Program-made: the position numbers and the translations under genes
The notes under the pieces: generated by a model
Told to the model about the DNA's origin: nothing
What the model saw: the letters and a program-made list of their open reading frames with translations, nothing else
The model's database searches: none
Virus record (IMG/VR): IMGVR_UViG_3300020045_019005
Location: 1-36,069 of that record
Direction: 5' to 3' (one strand)
From: a virus
Lineage: Duplodnaviria; Caudoviricetes
DNA: 36,069 nt
Shown: positions 26,835-35,321 of the stretch, piece by piece
How the letters are laid out: the number at the start of each line of letters is the position of its first letter
How positions within the stretch are numbered: the first letter of the stretch is position 1

Positions 26835-26860
26835 CCCAACAGTGCAATAAGTGGACAAGT
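26834..26860 (-). mobile_element. Terminal recombination half-site (attI-like or truncated attC)
   Basis: Minus strand CTTAT tgcact GTTGGGC has the same L box-6 nt-GTTRRRY spacing as site 2. No partner arm seen. Confidence 0.45.
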
Positions 26861-26886
26861 CTGGACACACTAATTATGTGTTGTTT

Positions 26887-26915
26887 TTGACAACCTAGAT
26901 TTAGTATGGTATTTT
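26887..26915 (+). promoter_or_regulatory. Sigma70-type promoter for the packaging/head operon
   Basis: TTGACA-17 nt-TATTTT with an extended -10 TGn. Confidence 0.65.
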
Positions 26916-26921
26916 GTGGGA

Positions 26922-27485
26922 ATGAAAAAGAAAGAAACAGATTGGGAATATGGCGAGCGCCTTTATAGGTTGGGGCAAGTATCGGCCAGCGAAGTGGGGA
27001 AAATTATAGGCTGCAACCCCAATACTGTCATTTCCCACATGAAAAAGCGGGGTATAAAGCAAGACCTTGTTTCCGAGGTGCAACGGCGAACAAAAGAGGC
27101 TATAATGGTCGCCCCGCGATGTACCGAAACAGATGAGAAGGTCATTGTTGAGGCAGTAAATACCAATGTTGCGCTTGTAATGTCGCATCGTAAGGACTTG
27201 CAGAAATTACGGGCGCTTGAAAATAAATTCTATCGGGAATTGCGAGATAATCCAACAAAGCTTTATCTCGCAAATTATTTGGGGGAAGTTATTGAAAAAG
27301 AGATTGGTCTCACCATTTCGGAAAAACTTTCTGCATTGGCCAATCTTGCCAAAGTGCAGGAAAAACGTATAGACAAGGAGCGTCAGGCATTCGGTTTGAA
27401 AAATGATTATGAGGAACCGAACAAGGAAAAAATGGTGCTCAATATCAATTTAAGGGGTGCAAAAAATGCCGGAAAGAAGAGCTAA
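26922..27485 (+). CDS. Terminase small subunit (putative)
   Basis: N-terminal DW...E..YR.G HTH and C-terminal ERQAFGL; lies upstream of the large subunit. Confidence 0.75.
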   Translation: MKKKETDWEYGERLYRLGQVSASEVGKIIGCNPNTVISHMKKRGIKQDLVSEVQRRTKEAIMVAPRCTETDEKVIVEAVNTNVALVMSHRKDLQKLRALENKFYRELRDNPTKLYLANYLGEVIEKEIGLTISEKLSALANLAKVQEKRIDKERQAFGLKNDYEEPNKEKMVLNINLRGAKNAGKKS

Positions 27486-27678
27486 ACTACTGTTGCCAAA
27501 AACTATCATAATCCCGAGAAAAACAGAGTTGTTGAGTGCGCCGAGGAAAATAGAGTTAGCCAATGATTGGTATGAGGTGTTAATCCCTATCGGCAATGAC
27601 CACACTGCTAAATTGTTGATTGATGAGGATGCAATCAGAGCACTCAACTCCATAGAGCCGACCGCCATAATTTTTTGA
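27466..27678 (+). CDS. Hypothetical protein between the terminase genes
   Basis: Overlaps both neighbours; GGGG RBS before ATG 27466. Confidence 0.55.
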   Translation: MPERRAKLLLPKTIIIPRKTELLSAPRKIELANDWYEVLIPIGNDHTAKLLIDEDAIRALNSIEPTAIIF

Positions 27679-28928
27679 TGGATGTTGAACTATCAGAACC
27701 GCAGGCGGAATTTTTCAGTAGTGAAGCTACCGCCGTCGCCGCCGTTGCCGGTTATCGGTCTGGTAAAACTGAAGCTTCGGTCATTCGTTTGTTTACAACA
27801 ATGTTCGAGAATCCGGGGGCAGATATGCTTTATGTTGCCCCCACTTACCCTTTGGTAAGAGATATTTTTTATCCCAAAGTTTCCAAGTTTCTTGAAGGGC
27901 TCGGGCAAAAATTCAGGATCCTCACTTCTGACAATGTTGTCAAAGTTTATGGGTACGGAACAGTTTATTGTCGTACCATGGTACACCCTGATTTATTGAT
28001 CGGCTTTGAGGCACTCAACGCTCATATTGATGAGCTTGATATTCTGAAAACTCCCAAAGCCCTTGACGTTTGGAGAAGAGTGAAAGCCCGTTGTAGTCAA
28101 AAAATAGATGGTAAAATCAACCAGATGTTTTTGACAACCACGCCGGAAGGGTTTAAGGCTACTTACGAGATGTTTGTCAAAAACCCATTACCGGGGTCTC
28201 ACCTCATAAAAATGTCCACCTATTCGAATGAGCACAATCTTGCTCCCGGTTATATTGAAGGGTTGAAAGAACAATACCCGGCACATCTCATTGGACCATA
28301 TATCAACGGGGAATTTTCCAATCTGGTATCAATGCCGGTTTGGGTCGCTTATGACAGAAAACTCAATGACAGTACTGAAGTTGCCACAATCAATGATCCC
28401 CTTATTGTGGGTATGGATTTTAACGTTGGCCGTGGCTGCGCTGTTGTCTATGTATTCAGGGGTGAAAACCTGCACGCCGTTGATGAAATTTACAACTCAT
28501 ATGATACACCTGATACGGTTCGAGTGCTCAAAGAACGGTATCCGACACACTCTATCGCTGTTTTCCCTGACGCAAGCGGTAACTCACGAAAATCGGTTAA
28601 CGCTACCACATCAGATATCGCAGTACTCAAAGCGGCTGGTTATGCTATCAAGGTTCGTCCGAGTAATCCGAGTATAAAGGGTCGGGTCATGTCTACCAAT
28701 GCTAAATTCTGCAATGGTGTCGGTAAGAGAGCGCTTTTCGTAAATTCGAAGAGATGTTCCAATTTAGTTGATGCGTTGGAACAACAGGTGTATGATGATA
28801 ATGGATTACCGGAAAAAGGAGAGGGAAAATTTGACGATTTGACCGATGCAGCAAGTTACCCGATAAATTATTTATTTCCGATCAAGGAACATGTTACAAC
28901 CTCTCAAAGTTTGGAAGGTATATTATGA
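27678..28928 (+). CDS. terL: Terminase large subunit
   Basis: Walker A GYRSGKT, Walker B HIDELD, TTTPEG; nuclease motifs GMDFN, PDASG and DDLTDA. Confidence 0.95.
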   Translation: MDVELSEPQAEFFSSEATAVAAVAGYRSGKTEASVIRLFTTMFENPGADMLYVAPTYPLVRDIFYPKVSKFLEGLGQKFRILTSDNVVKVYGYGTVYCRTMVHPDLLIGFEALNAHIDELDILKTPKALDVWRRVKARCSQKIDGKINQMFLTTTPEGFKATYEMFVKNPLPGSHLIKMSTYSNEHNLAPGYIEGLKEQYPAHLIGPYINGEFSNLVSMPVWVAYDRKLNDSTEVATINDPLIVGMDFNVGRGCAVVYVFRGENLHAVDEIYNSYDTPDTVRVLKERYPTHSIAVFPDASGNSRKSVNATTSDIAVLKAAGYAIKVRPSNPSIKGRVMSTNAKFCNGVGKRALFVNSKRCSNLVDALEQQVYDDNGLPEKGEGKFDDLTDAASYPINYLFPIKEHVTTSQSLEGIL

Positions 28929-30295
28929 ACGATATCGAAAAACCCTGTCTTGATTATTTGACCTGGATGACTCAATCGTTGCTCCCTCGGACTTTGATGC
29001 AGGGAACAGCCGGAATGAAAGCGGCGAGAGAAGTTTTCCTTACCAGAAACCCACTTGAAAAACTTGATGCATATGAGCAAAGACTTGAACAATCTACTCT
29101 GTTGAACGCTTTCCGGAAAACTTGCAATTTCCTTGCGGGGCAGGTGTTTCAGTCGGATGTTGTTTTCTCCGATGATGTGTCACCCGATATTATTGAAGCT
29201 TCAAACAACATTGACGGAAAGGGAAATTCAATTCATGTTTTCGCAAAACGACTTTTCATCAATGGTCTTGGGAAAGGTGTTTCCCATATTCTTGTTGACT
29301 ACCCTTCCACCAATGGGCAAGTATTGACAAAAGCCCAAGAGCTTGCCCTCAATATTCGACCCTTTTTCAATGAGGTGCGACCCGAGGATATTATCGGTTA
29401 TCGGTTTACCGAGGACGGGCAGCGTGAGCAAGTAAGGATCAAAGAAACCGCCGCTATCCCTGTTGGCATCTATGGTTCAAAACAGGTAAACAGAATCCGA
29501 GTATTTCATAATACCGGCGCCTGGGAGTTGTTTGAGGAGAACGAAAAAAAGAATTACAACCTTATTGATGATGGGCAACTGTCTTTCAAGGGGATCCCAT
29601 TGATTTCATTTATTCCAGGTGAGGAGCAATCAATACTTGCTGGCGAGACTCCCTTGATGGACCTTGCCGAGCTCAATCTCCGACATTGGCGCTCCAATTC
29701 CGATCAAATCAATATTCTTCATGTGGCCAGGGTTGCTATACTGTTCGGCAAAAACATTGAGGTGCAAAAACTCGCTGTTGGCCCATCTGTGCTCATATCG
29801 TCTACTGAGCCGGACAGCGATTTGAAATATGTTGAAATATCTGGTGCGTCGATTCAGGCCGGTGCAAGTGACCTCAAAGAGATTGAAAGTAAAATGGCCC
29901 TCTATGGTCTGCAGCAACTTATTCCCAGAACCGGCAACATGACCGCGACGGAAAAAGCCATCACATCCGGGGAATCTCAAAGCTCTCTTGGTACATGGGC
30001 AACCGAATTTCAGAGTGCTTTACAAAATGCTTTTGATGTTGCTGAGAAATTTAAAGGTCGCGAGTTTCCACAAAACGGCGTGAAAGTTAATAAGGAATAC
30101 AATTTCGGTATTGCCAATGATGCAGAGCTTACGGTGATCAACAATTCTTTGTTCCTTTCCGAGGAAAATAAGTTCAAAGAGTTCAAACGCCGAGGTATTG
30201 TTGATGAGCATATCACTTGGGAAGATAACCAAGACCAACGCCGGGCTGAAGCGGGTAGCACCAATAATCTTGCTGGTACATTATTTGGAGCATAA
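28925..30295 (+). CDS. Portal protein (DUF4055-like)
   Basis: Follows TerL. Y..RL..S.L.N, HILVDYP, PLMDLAELNLRHW...SD and TATE motifs. Confidence 0.9.
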   Translation: MNDIEKPCLDYLTWMTQSLLPRTLMQGTAGMKAAREVFLTRNPLEKLDAYEQRLEQSTLLNAFRKTCNFLAGQVFQSDVVFSDDVSPDIIEASNNIDGKGNSIHVFAKRLFINGLGKGVSHILVDYPSTNGQVLTKAQELALNIRPFFNEVRPEDIIGYRFTEDGQREQVRIKETAAIPVGIYGSKQVNRIRVFHNTGAWELFEENEKKNYNLIDDGQLSFKGIPLISFIPGEEQSILAGETPLMDLAELNLRHWRSNSDQINILHVARVAILFGKNIEVQKLAVGPSVLISSTEPDSDLKYVEISGASIQAGASDLKEIESKMALYGLQQLIPRTGNMTATEKAITSGESQSSLGTWATEFQSALQNAFDVAEKFKGREFPQNGVKVNKEYNFGIANDAELTVINNSLFLSEENKFKEFKRRGIVDEHITWEDNQDQRRAEAGSTNNLAGTLFGA

Positions 30296-30311
30296 ATAAA
30301 CGAAAGATAAA

Positions 30312-30587
30312 ATGGAAATTCGGGTACAGTCTTCCCCTTGGTATAAAGGGGTTGAGGTGGCTATTTTTAATATTGATAATGTTGTTGTTGATATTTCCAT
30401 GCAAAAGCGTGAAAATAATTGTGTTATAAATCCAATTTTAACCCTAAGTATGGAAAGTGCCCAAACTCTGATGGATGATTTGTGGCATACTGGCTTGCGA
30501 CCAACCGAAGGTCGTGGGAGTGCTGGACAGTTGGCAGTAACAGAACGTCATCTTGCTGATATGCAAAGGTTAGTCTTTAAGAAATGA
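30312..30587 (+). CDS. Conserved phage hypothetical protein
   Basis: 91 aa with AQTLMDDLW..GLRPTEG.GSAG and HL.DM; ATGA overlap with the next gene. Confidence 0.7.
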   Translation: MEIRVQSSPWYKGVEVAIFNIDNVVVDISMQKRENNCVINPILTLSMESAQTLMDDLWHTGLRPTEGRGSAGQLAVTERHLADMQRLVFKK

Positions 30588-31654
30588 CAAGACAAGAAAA
30601 AATAACTCTCGCCCGTATCATCGCAATGCGGGAATCAATTGACACCTTTGAGAGTGCGACTATTGCTGATCTGAAAGGGGTTTACCAGAAAGCAACCGAT
30701 ACACTGCTCAAGCGATTGGGCACTGTGAAGAATAAGACCACTTGGACAGCTGCCCGATTGATGGGTATGTTAGATGAGGTCAGAGTGGCGCAACAGGCTA
30801 TCGCTGACAATCTGGCCGGAAGAGCATCGGATTATATCGCGGAAGCAGGGGCATTTTCCTATAAAAAAATAAATGAGATAACGGGTTGGGATGATAAGGT
30901 GCCTGGTTGGAACACAACTACCATGTCACAAGGGCAAATCAAACAGTTGGTGACCGAGCAAAAACTCGGTGGGAAAGTGCTCAGTGAGTGGATAGGTGCG
31001 GCGCTGACGCCCGACATTGACGCCATTAAATCAGCTATTCAAGTTGGTGCTGTTTCCGGATCCGGTTATGATAAGGTTGTTCGAGAATTGCGTGATGCTC
31101 TCTCGCTTCAGAAGGGGTCAAAGGAATTGCGTGACCTCGAATCTGTGGTCAAAACTTATAATCAAACCATGATTGTCAAGGCGCAGAAAGATATTTATGC
31201 AGCCAACAAAGACATGGTACAACAGGTTGAATGGTCGGCAATTCTTGAGGGCGGTAATGTTTCAACTGGTCGAGGCACTTGTCCACGGTGCATTGCTCTT
31301 GATGGCAAGGTGTGGCTGGTCGATTCCGAGGATGTGCCGAACTGCCCTCTCCATATTCGTTGCCGGTGTGTTCTTTTGCCGGTCACGAAAACATGGGTAC
31401 AATTGGGCTTTGATATTCCGGAAATGGAAAAACAATATTCGCCGTGGTTCATCAAAGACGAAAAAGGTAACAAGATTGAAAAGGGTCGAACCGATATGAG
31501 TTACCACGAATGGTTTGCTTCCCGTGGGGTCGAGTTTCAGAATAATGCAATTGGACCAACCAGGGCGCAACTTGTCAGAGATGGGAAGCTGAAATTGGTG
31601 GATTTGGTTGACAAACAGGGTAACTTAATAACAATTGACAAACTAAAGGGGTAG
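30584..31654 (+). CDS. Minor head / head morphogenesis protein (SPP1 gp7 / Mu F family)
   Basis: WSAILE, TCPRCIALDG and PLHIRCRC; position after the portal gene. Confidence 0.9.
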   Translation: MTRQEKITLARIIAMRESIDTFESATIADLKGVYQKATDTLLKRLGTVKNKTTWTAARLMGMLDEVRVAQQAIADNLAGRASDYIAEAGAFSYKKINEITGWDDKVPGWNTTTMSQGQIKQLVTEQKLGGKVLSEWIGAALTPDIDAIKSAIQVGAVSGSGYDKVVRELRDALSLQKGSKELRDLESVVKTYNQTMIVKAQKDIYAANKDMVQQVEWSAILEGGNVSTGRGTCPRCIALDGKVWLVDSEDVPNCPLHIRCRCVLLPVTKTWVQLGFDIPEMEKQYSPWFIKDEKGNKIEKGRTDMSYHEWFASRGVEFQNNAIGPTRAQLVRDGKLKLVDLVDKQGNLITIDKLKG

Positions 31655-31657
31655 CAA

Positions 31658-32425
31658 ATGCCAGAGTATGTATTGACTGCAGACGGAAATATTAAGTGTC
31701 AGGATGGAAAACCTGTTGTGAAGGGTGACGACGGGAAGGAGTTTACCATTGACGCTATCGGAGCGCAAAAAACCATCACAGCATTACATGCCGAGAGCGC
31801 AGAACACCGCAAAAAAGCGAGTGAGCGGGGCAAACTCCTTGAGACCTTTGGTGATCTTGACCCGGTAAAGGCACGTGAAGCATTGGCTACTGTGGCCAGT
31901 TTGAGCACTGATCATAAACTTGAGATTGAAACTCTCAAAACATCACTAAATCAAACATGGCAGCAAAAACTTGAAACTGAACAGCTGGAGAAAAAAGCCC
32001 TTGCTGATAAACTCTATCATGCGACCGTGATTAAGAATTTTGCCACTTCCGATGTGGTAAAGAAAACAACCCTCACGCCAGATATTGCCGCAAAATTTTT
32101 TGGTGAGCATTTCAATCTTGACGGTACGGCAAAGGATTCAAAAGGTAATCTAATTTTTTCTCGGGAAAAACCGGGTGAGCCTGCCGGATTTGATGAAGCG
32201 CTTGAATTTCTCATTGAATTATACCCGCATAAAAATGACATTCTTCGCGGAAGTGGTGCTGACGGATCCGGGGGACACCACGGGGGAACAAGCACCAACC
32301 CAAATGCAAAATTCTATGATAAAAAATCAGGCTCCTTCAGTCTGTCTGAACAATCCAGAATTGCAAATACAAATCCGGACTTGCATAAACAGTTAAAAAC
32401 AGTATATAGTGGAAATGTGCAATAG
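31658..32425 (+). CDS. Capsid scaffolding protein
   Basis: Helical and charged; SREKPGEPAGFDEALE, YPHK..IL and a Gly-rich segment; directly precedes the capsid gene. Confidence 0.78.
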   Translation: MPEYVLTADGNIKCQDGKPVVKGDDGKEFTIDAIGAQKTITALHAESAEHRKKASERGKLLETFGDLDPVKAREALATVASLSTDHKLEIETLKTSLNQTWQQKLETEQLEKKALADKLYHATVIKNFATSDVVKKTTLTPDIAAKFFGEHFNLDGTAKDSKGNLIFSREKPGEPAGFDEALEFLIELYPHKNDILRGSGADGSGGHHGGTSTNPNAKFYDKKSGSFSLSEQSRIANTNPDLHKQLKTVYSGNVQ

Positions 32426-32630
32426 CTTGAGGGTGATCCTTAAACTATGAAACGAAAATTGACAGAGTAAAAAAGATGGGCGGGTGATCCGTACTTTTTT
32501 ACTCGAAAGATAAGCACCGTGAATGATACTCACAGTGCGTTTCGCTGAAAGCGATATCTTTACTTAATCATTATGCCGGATGACCCCTTTCTGGCTTTTT
32601 GAAAAAGTGGAGATATCGCTTTTTCATTTT
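32422..32630 (+). promoter_or_regulatory. Multi-hairpin leader upstream of the major capsid gene
   Basis: Consecutive stem-loops, two with GGGTGATCC (32431, 32482); 11-bp stem 32465-32475/32494-32504. Confidence 0.45.
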
Positions 32631-32645
32631 AAGGAGAAAAAAACA

Positions 32646-33653
32646 ATGGCCACAACTCAGATTGCAAACATTTATAACCCCGAAGTTTTTGACCCCGCTG
32701 TTGATGAGGCAGCCATCGAGCAGAACGTATTGCTCCAAGCTGGTGTATTGGTACCCAACCCAAAATTGGATGAAATGGCGGCTGTTGGTGGTAACATTGG
32801 TGAGATGCCTTTTTTCACTCCTCTTGCCACAACCGAGCCCGAGTATATTGACGACACAAGTACTAACCTCGGTGTTCCAGCCAATATTGATACCGAGTCA
32901 ATGTTGTGGAGACTTGCCAAGATGCATAAGTCTTGGAGCACTATGGACATTGCTGTTGAATTGGCACTTTCTGATCCAATGGCAGCCATTACTGCCAAAA
33001 TCGGCGGTTATTGGGCAACTCAGCGTCAGAAACGTCTTGTTGCTGCTGCTCTCGGTATCCTTGCCGATAACGTTGCGAATGATTCAAGCGATATGCTCTA
33101 TTCTGTGGCCACCGATGCCAATTCAACTGTTTTGGCCGCTGAGAAAATTTCCGGTGATACCGTGATCGATGCTTGTCAAACCATGGGTGATGCGAAAGAG
33201 CGGCTTTCTATCATCGCCATGCATTCCGTGGTCTATACCACTTTGCAAAAGCAAAACTTGATTGACTATATTCCCAATTCGCAGGGTGTTGTCAATATTC
33301 CGACTTATTTGGGTAAAACTGTACTGGTTGACGATAGTCTCCCGGCTGTTGCTGGCACTTATCGAATCACCTATACGACCCTGCTCTTGTCGCAAGGTGC
33401 TTTCGAGTTTGGTCAAGGTCGGTTGCTTATGCCGTCCGAGCTTGAGCGGATCCCAAATGCCGGTTATGGCGGTGGGCAAGATGTTATCCATACCCGAAAA
33501 GCTGACATTATTCATCCTCGGGGTATGTCTTTCATTTCTGGCTCGGTTGCCGGTAAATCCCCGACTCTTGCAGAGTTGGGTTTGGCCGCAAACTGGAATA
33601 GAGTCATGGACAGGAAAAATATCGGTATCGCTTTCCTGAAAACCAACGGATAA
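32646..33653 (+). CDS. Major capsid protein
   Basis: AAGGAG RBS before MATTQIANIYNPEVF. MPFF, DPMAAI, MHSVVY, YLGK.V.VDD and NW.RV.D.KNI motifs. Confidence 0.93.
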   Translation: MATTQIANIYNPEVFDPAVDEAAIEQNVLLQAGVLVPNPKLDEMAAVGGNIGEMPFFTPLATTEPEYIDDTSTNLGVPANIDTESMLWRLAKMHKSWSTMDIAVELALSDPMAAITAKIGGYWATQRQKRLVAAALGILADNVANDSSDMLYSVATDANSTVLAAEKISGDTVIDACQTMGDAKERLSIIAMHSVVYTTLQKQNLIDYIPNSQGVVNIPTYLGKTVLVDDSLPAVAGTYRITYTTLLLSQGAFEFGQGRLLMPSELERIPNAGYGGGQDVIHTRKADIIHPRGMSFISGSVAGKSPTLAELGLAANWNRVMDRKNIGIAFLKTNG

Positions 33654-33670
33654 TTTCAATCCTGGTTAAT

Positions 33671-33689
33671 GTGCCCCATTACGGGGCAC
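33671..33689 (+). terminator. GC-rich hairpin after the capsid gene (weak terminator or mRNA stabiliser)
   Basis: GTGCCCC-ATTAC-GGGGCAC; no clear U tract. Confidence 0.4.
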
Positions 33690-33718
33690 TACCTTAAAGT
33701 TAAAAAGGAGAGACAACG

Positions 33719-34642
33719 ATGACTATTACAGGATTGAAAAAGGGGCAGAATGGTACTGCCCACATTAATAAAAAAATCCCCACAACGGGAACACCGATTT
33801 GTAGTGTTGCGTCAAAGGGCACTCTGACAATTGCCGAGCCTGTTACCAATAACGACACCATTACCATAGGTGATACCACCTATACGTTCAAGACGGGTGC
33901 CACCTATGCCAAGGCTCAAGGTACTCTCGCAATGGGGACCATCCCGGTTGCGACCAATACCATGACCATTGGTACTAAGGTCTATACTTTCAAAGCCATC
34001 GGTGGGGCTACAGCTGACGGACACATCGACATTGGAGCAGATGTCGCCGCATCGAAACTTGCCGTTGTTGCGGCGATCAATGGTACAGATGGGCTGAATA
34101 CTCCTCACCCGCTTGTTACCGCCGCCGCATTTGTCGGTGATAACATGATAATTACGGCGATTCTTCCGGGTACTGCCGGGAATGCAATTGCAACAACCGA
34201 GACATTTGGTCCGGCTGGTAATGTGTTTGATGCTGTTACATTGGGAACGACTACCGTGGGGGCCTTGCTTGTCGCCGGTCAAATAGGTATAGGTGCCAGT
34301 GAAGCGGCTACCAAGCTGGCAATCGTCGCGGCTATCAACGGAACCGATCTTGTCAACGCAGTGAATACCGATGTTGTGGCTACCGCTTTCGCGGGTGATG
34401 CCGGGGTAATGACTGCCAGGTTTGCTGGTGTGTCGGGTGACCTCATTGCCACAACCGAAACCCTCACCCACGCAAGCAACGTTTGGGATGATACCACTCT
34501 TGGTACCACCGCCGCTGGGGTTGATGGCACTGATGGCGACCCCGGCGACCAATTAATTGACTCGACTTACCTTTACATCTGTGTTGCGCCTCCTTCAACT
34601 GCCGGAAACTGGCGCAGAATTTCGCTTGGTTCGGCATTTTAA
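33719..34642 (+). CDS. Capsid decoration / head fibre protein with internal duplication
   Basis: Thr/Ala/Gly-rich, AGGAG RBS, directly after the capsid gene; C-terminal D..YLYICV....NWRR. Confidence 0.6.
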   Translation: MTITGLKKGQNGTAHINKKIPTTGTPICSVASKGTLTIAEPVTNNDTITIGDTTYTFKTGATYAKAQGTLAMGTIPVATNTMTIGTKVYTFKAIGGATADGHIDIGADVAASKLAVVAAINGTDGLNTPHPLVTAAAFVGDNMIITAILPGTAGNAIATTETFGPAGNVFDAVTLGTTTVGALLVAGQIGIGASEAATKLAIVAAINGTDLVNAVNTDVVATAFAGDAGVMTARFAGVSGDLIATTETLTHASNVWDDTTLGTTAAGVDGTDGDPGDQLIDSTYLYICVAPPSTAGNWRRISLGSAF

Positions 34643-34658
34643 CAAGGGGTTTTGAGAA

Positions 34659-34844
34659 ATGGCTAGAAAGAAGAAAGAAACCGCAGCTGAAGCACTCGCC
34701 AAAGTTGAGGCGGCTCTCGGTGTTGCCCAGGTCGCCCCAGAGGTTCCGGTCGTCCCAGAGGTTCCGGTCGTCCTGGGTCTCCGCGAGCTTTACGGCGATA
34801 ATGTTCCACTTCATATCCTGAACAAAATAGCGAGAGGGGAATAA
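34659..34844 (+). CDS. Small hypothetical protein with PEVPVV duplication
   Basis: 61 aa; 18-bp repeat in two copies at 34736-34771. Confidence 0.65.
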   Translation: MARKKKETAAEALAKVEAALGVAQVAPEVPVVPEVPVVLGLRELYGDNVPLHILNKIARGE

Positions 34845-34846
34845 CA

Positions 34847-35320
34847 ATGACCGTAGAGGTGGGAGTTAACAGCTATGTTACAGTGGCCGAAGCAACCGCT
34901 TATTTTGCCGCCCGTTATGGTTATGGGAGTTGGGTAGCCGAGACCAATAAAGAGGGTGCTCTGGTATCGGCTACCCAAATACTTGACAATTATTGCGACT
35001 GGTATGGATATCCGGTTGCCGATGATCAAGCACTCGCTTTTCCACGATTCGCAATCGATTGGGAAGATGATGGTTTAGTACCCCAAGAGATTAAAGACGC
35101 TCAATATGAAATTGCGTATTTGATAATTACTCAGGGCTCATTGAATCAAAGGGGCGATGATGCACTTGAAGAGATGAAAGCTGGGTCAGTATCAATGAAG
35201 TTCAAGGCCCGAGCTACAGGAAACCCCTTGGTAAATGCTCTTGTTGATTCACTACTTTTACCATTCGGGATCTGTTCGGGGAGTGGTTCAACTAAGGTAA
35301 TCCCTTTGCAAAGGTGTTGA
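34847..35320 (+). CDS. Head-tail adaptor (DnaT-like ssDNA-binding annotation family)
   Basis: NSYVTVAEATAYF..R, QALAFPR and VP.EIK.AQ.E.A motifs. Confidence 0.82.
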   Translation: MTVEVGVNSYVTVAEATAYFAARYGYGSWVAETNKEGALVSATQILDNYCDWYGYPVADDQALAFPRFAIDWEDDGLVPQEIKDAQYEIAYLIITQGSLNQRGDDALEEMKAGSVSMKFKARATGNPLVNALVDSLLLPFGICSGSGSTKVIPLQRC

Positions 35321-35321
35321 T

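Noticed and set aside
26338-26870. Minus-strand ORFs 26338..26571, 26454..26870 and 26584..26784 as the true cassette genes
   Set aside because: Two run through the attC-like hairpin and none has a convincing RBS, whereas the + strand frames have RBSs and fit between the sites.
32580-32645. Upstream start for the capsid gene at 32580
   Set aside because: The AAGGAG RBS and typical MATT start point to 32646; the upstream part is hairpin-rich leader.
33812-34552. 246-aa antisense ORF and similar shadow ORFs (16930..17478, 32599..33165, 33123..33659, 18946..19290, 19954..20436)
   Set aside because: They are antisense or off-frame to well-supported genes, lack recognisable motifs, and are explained by codon bias or repeats.
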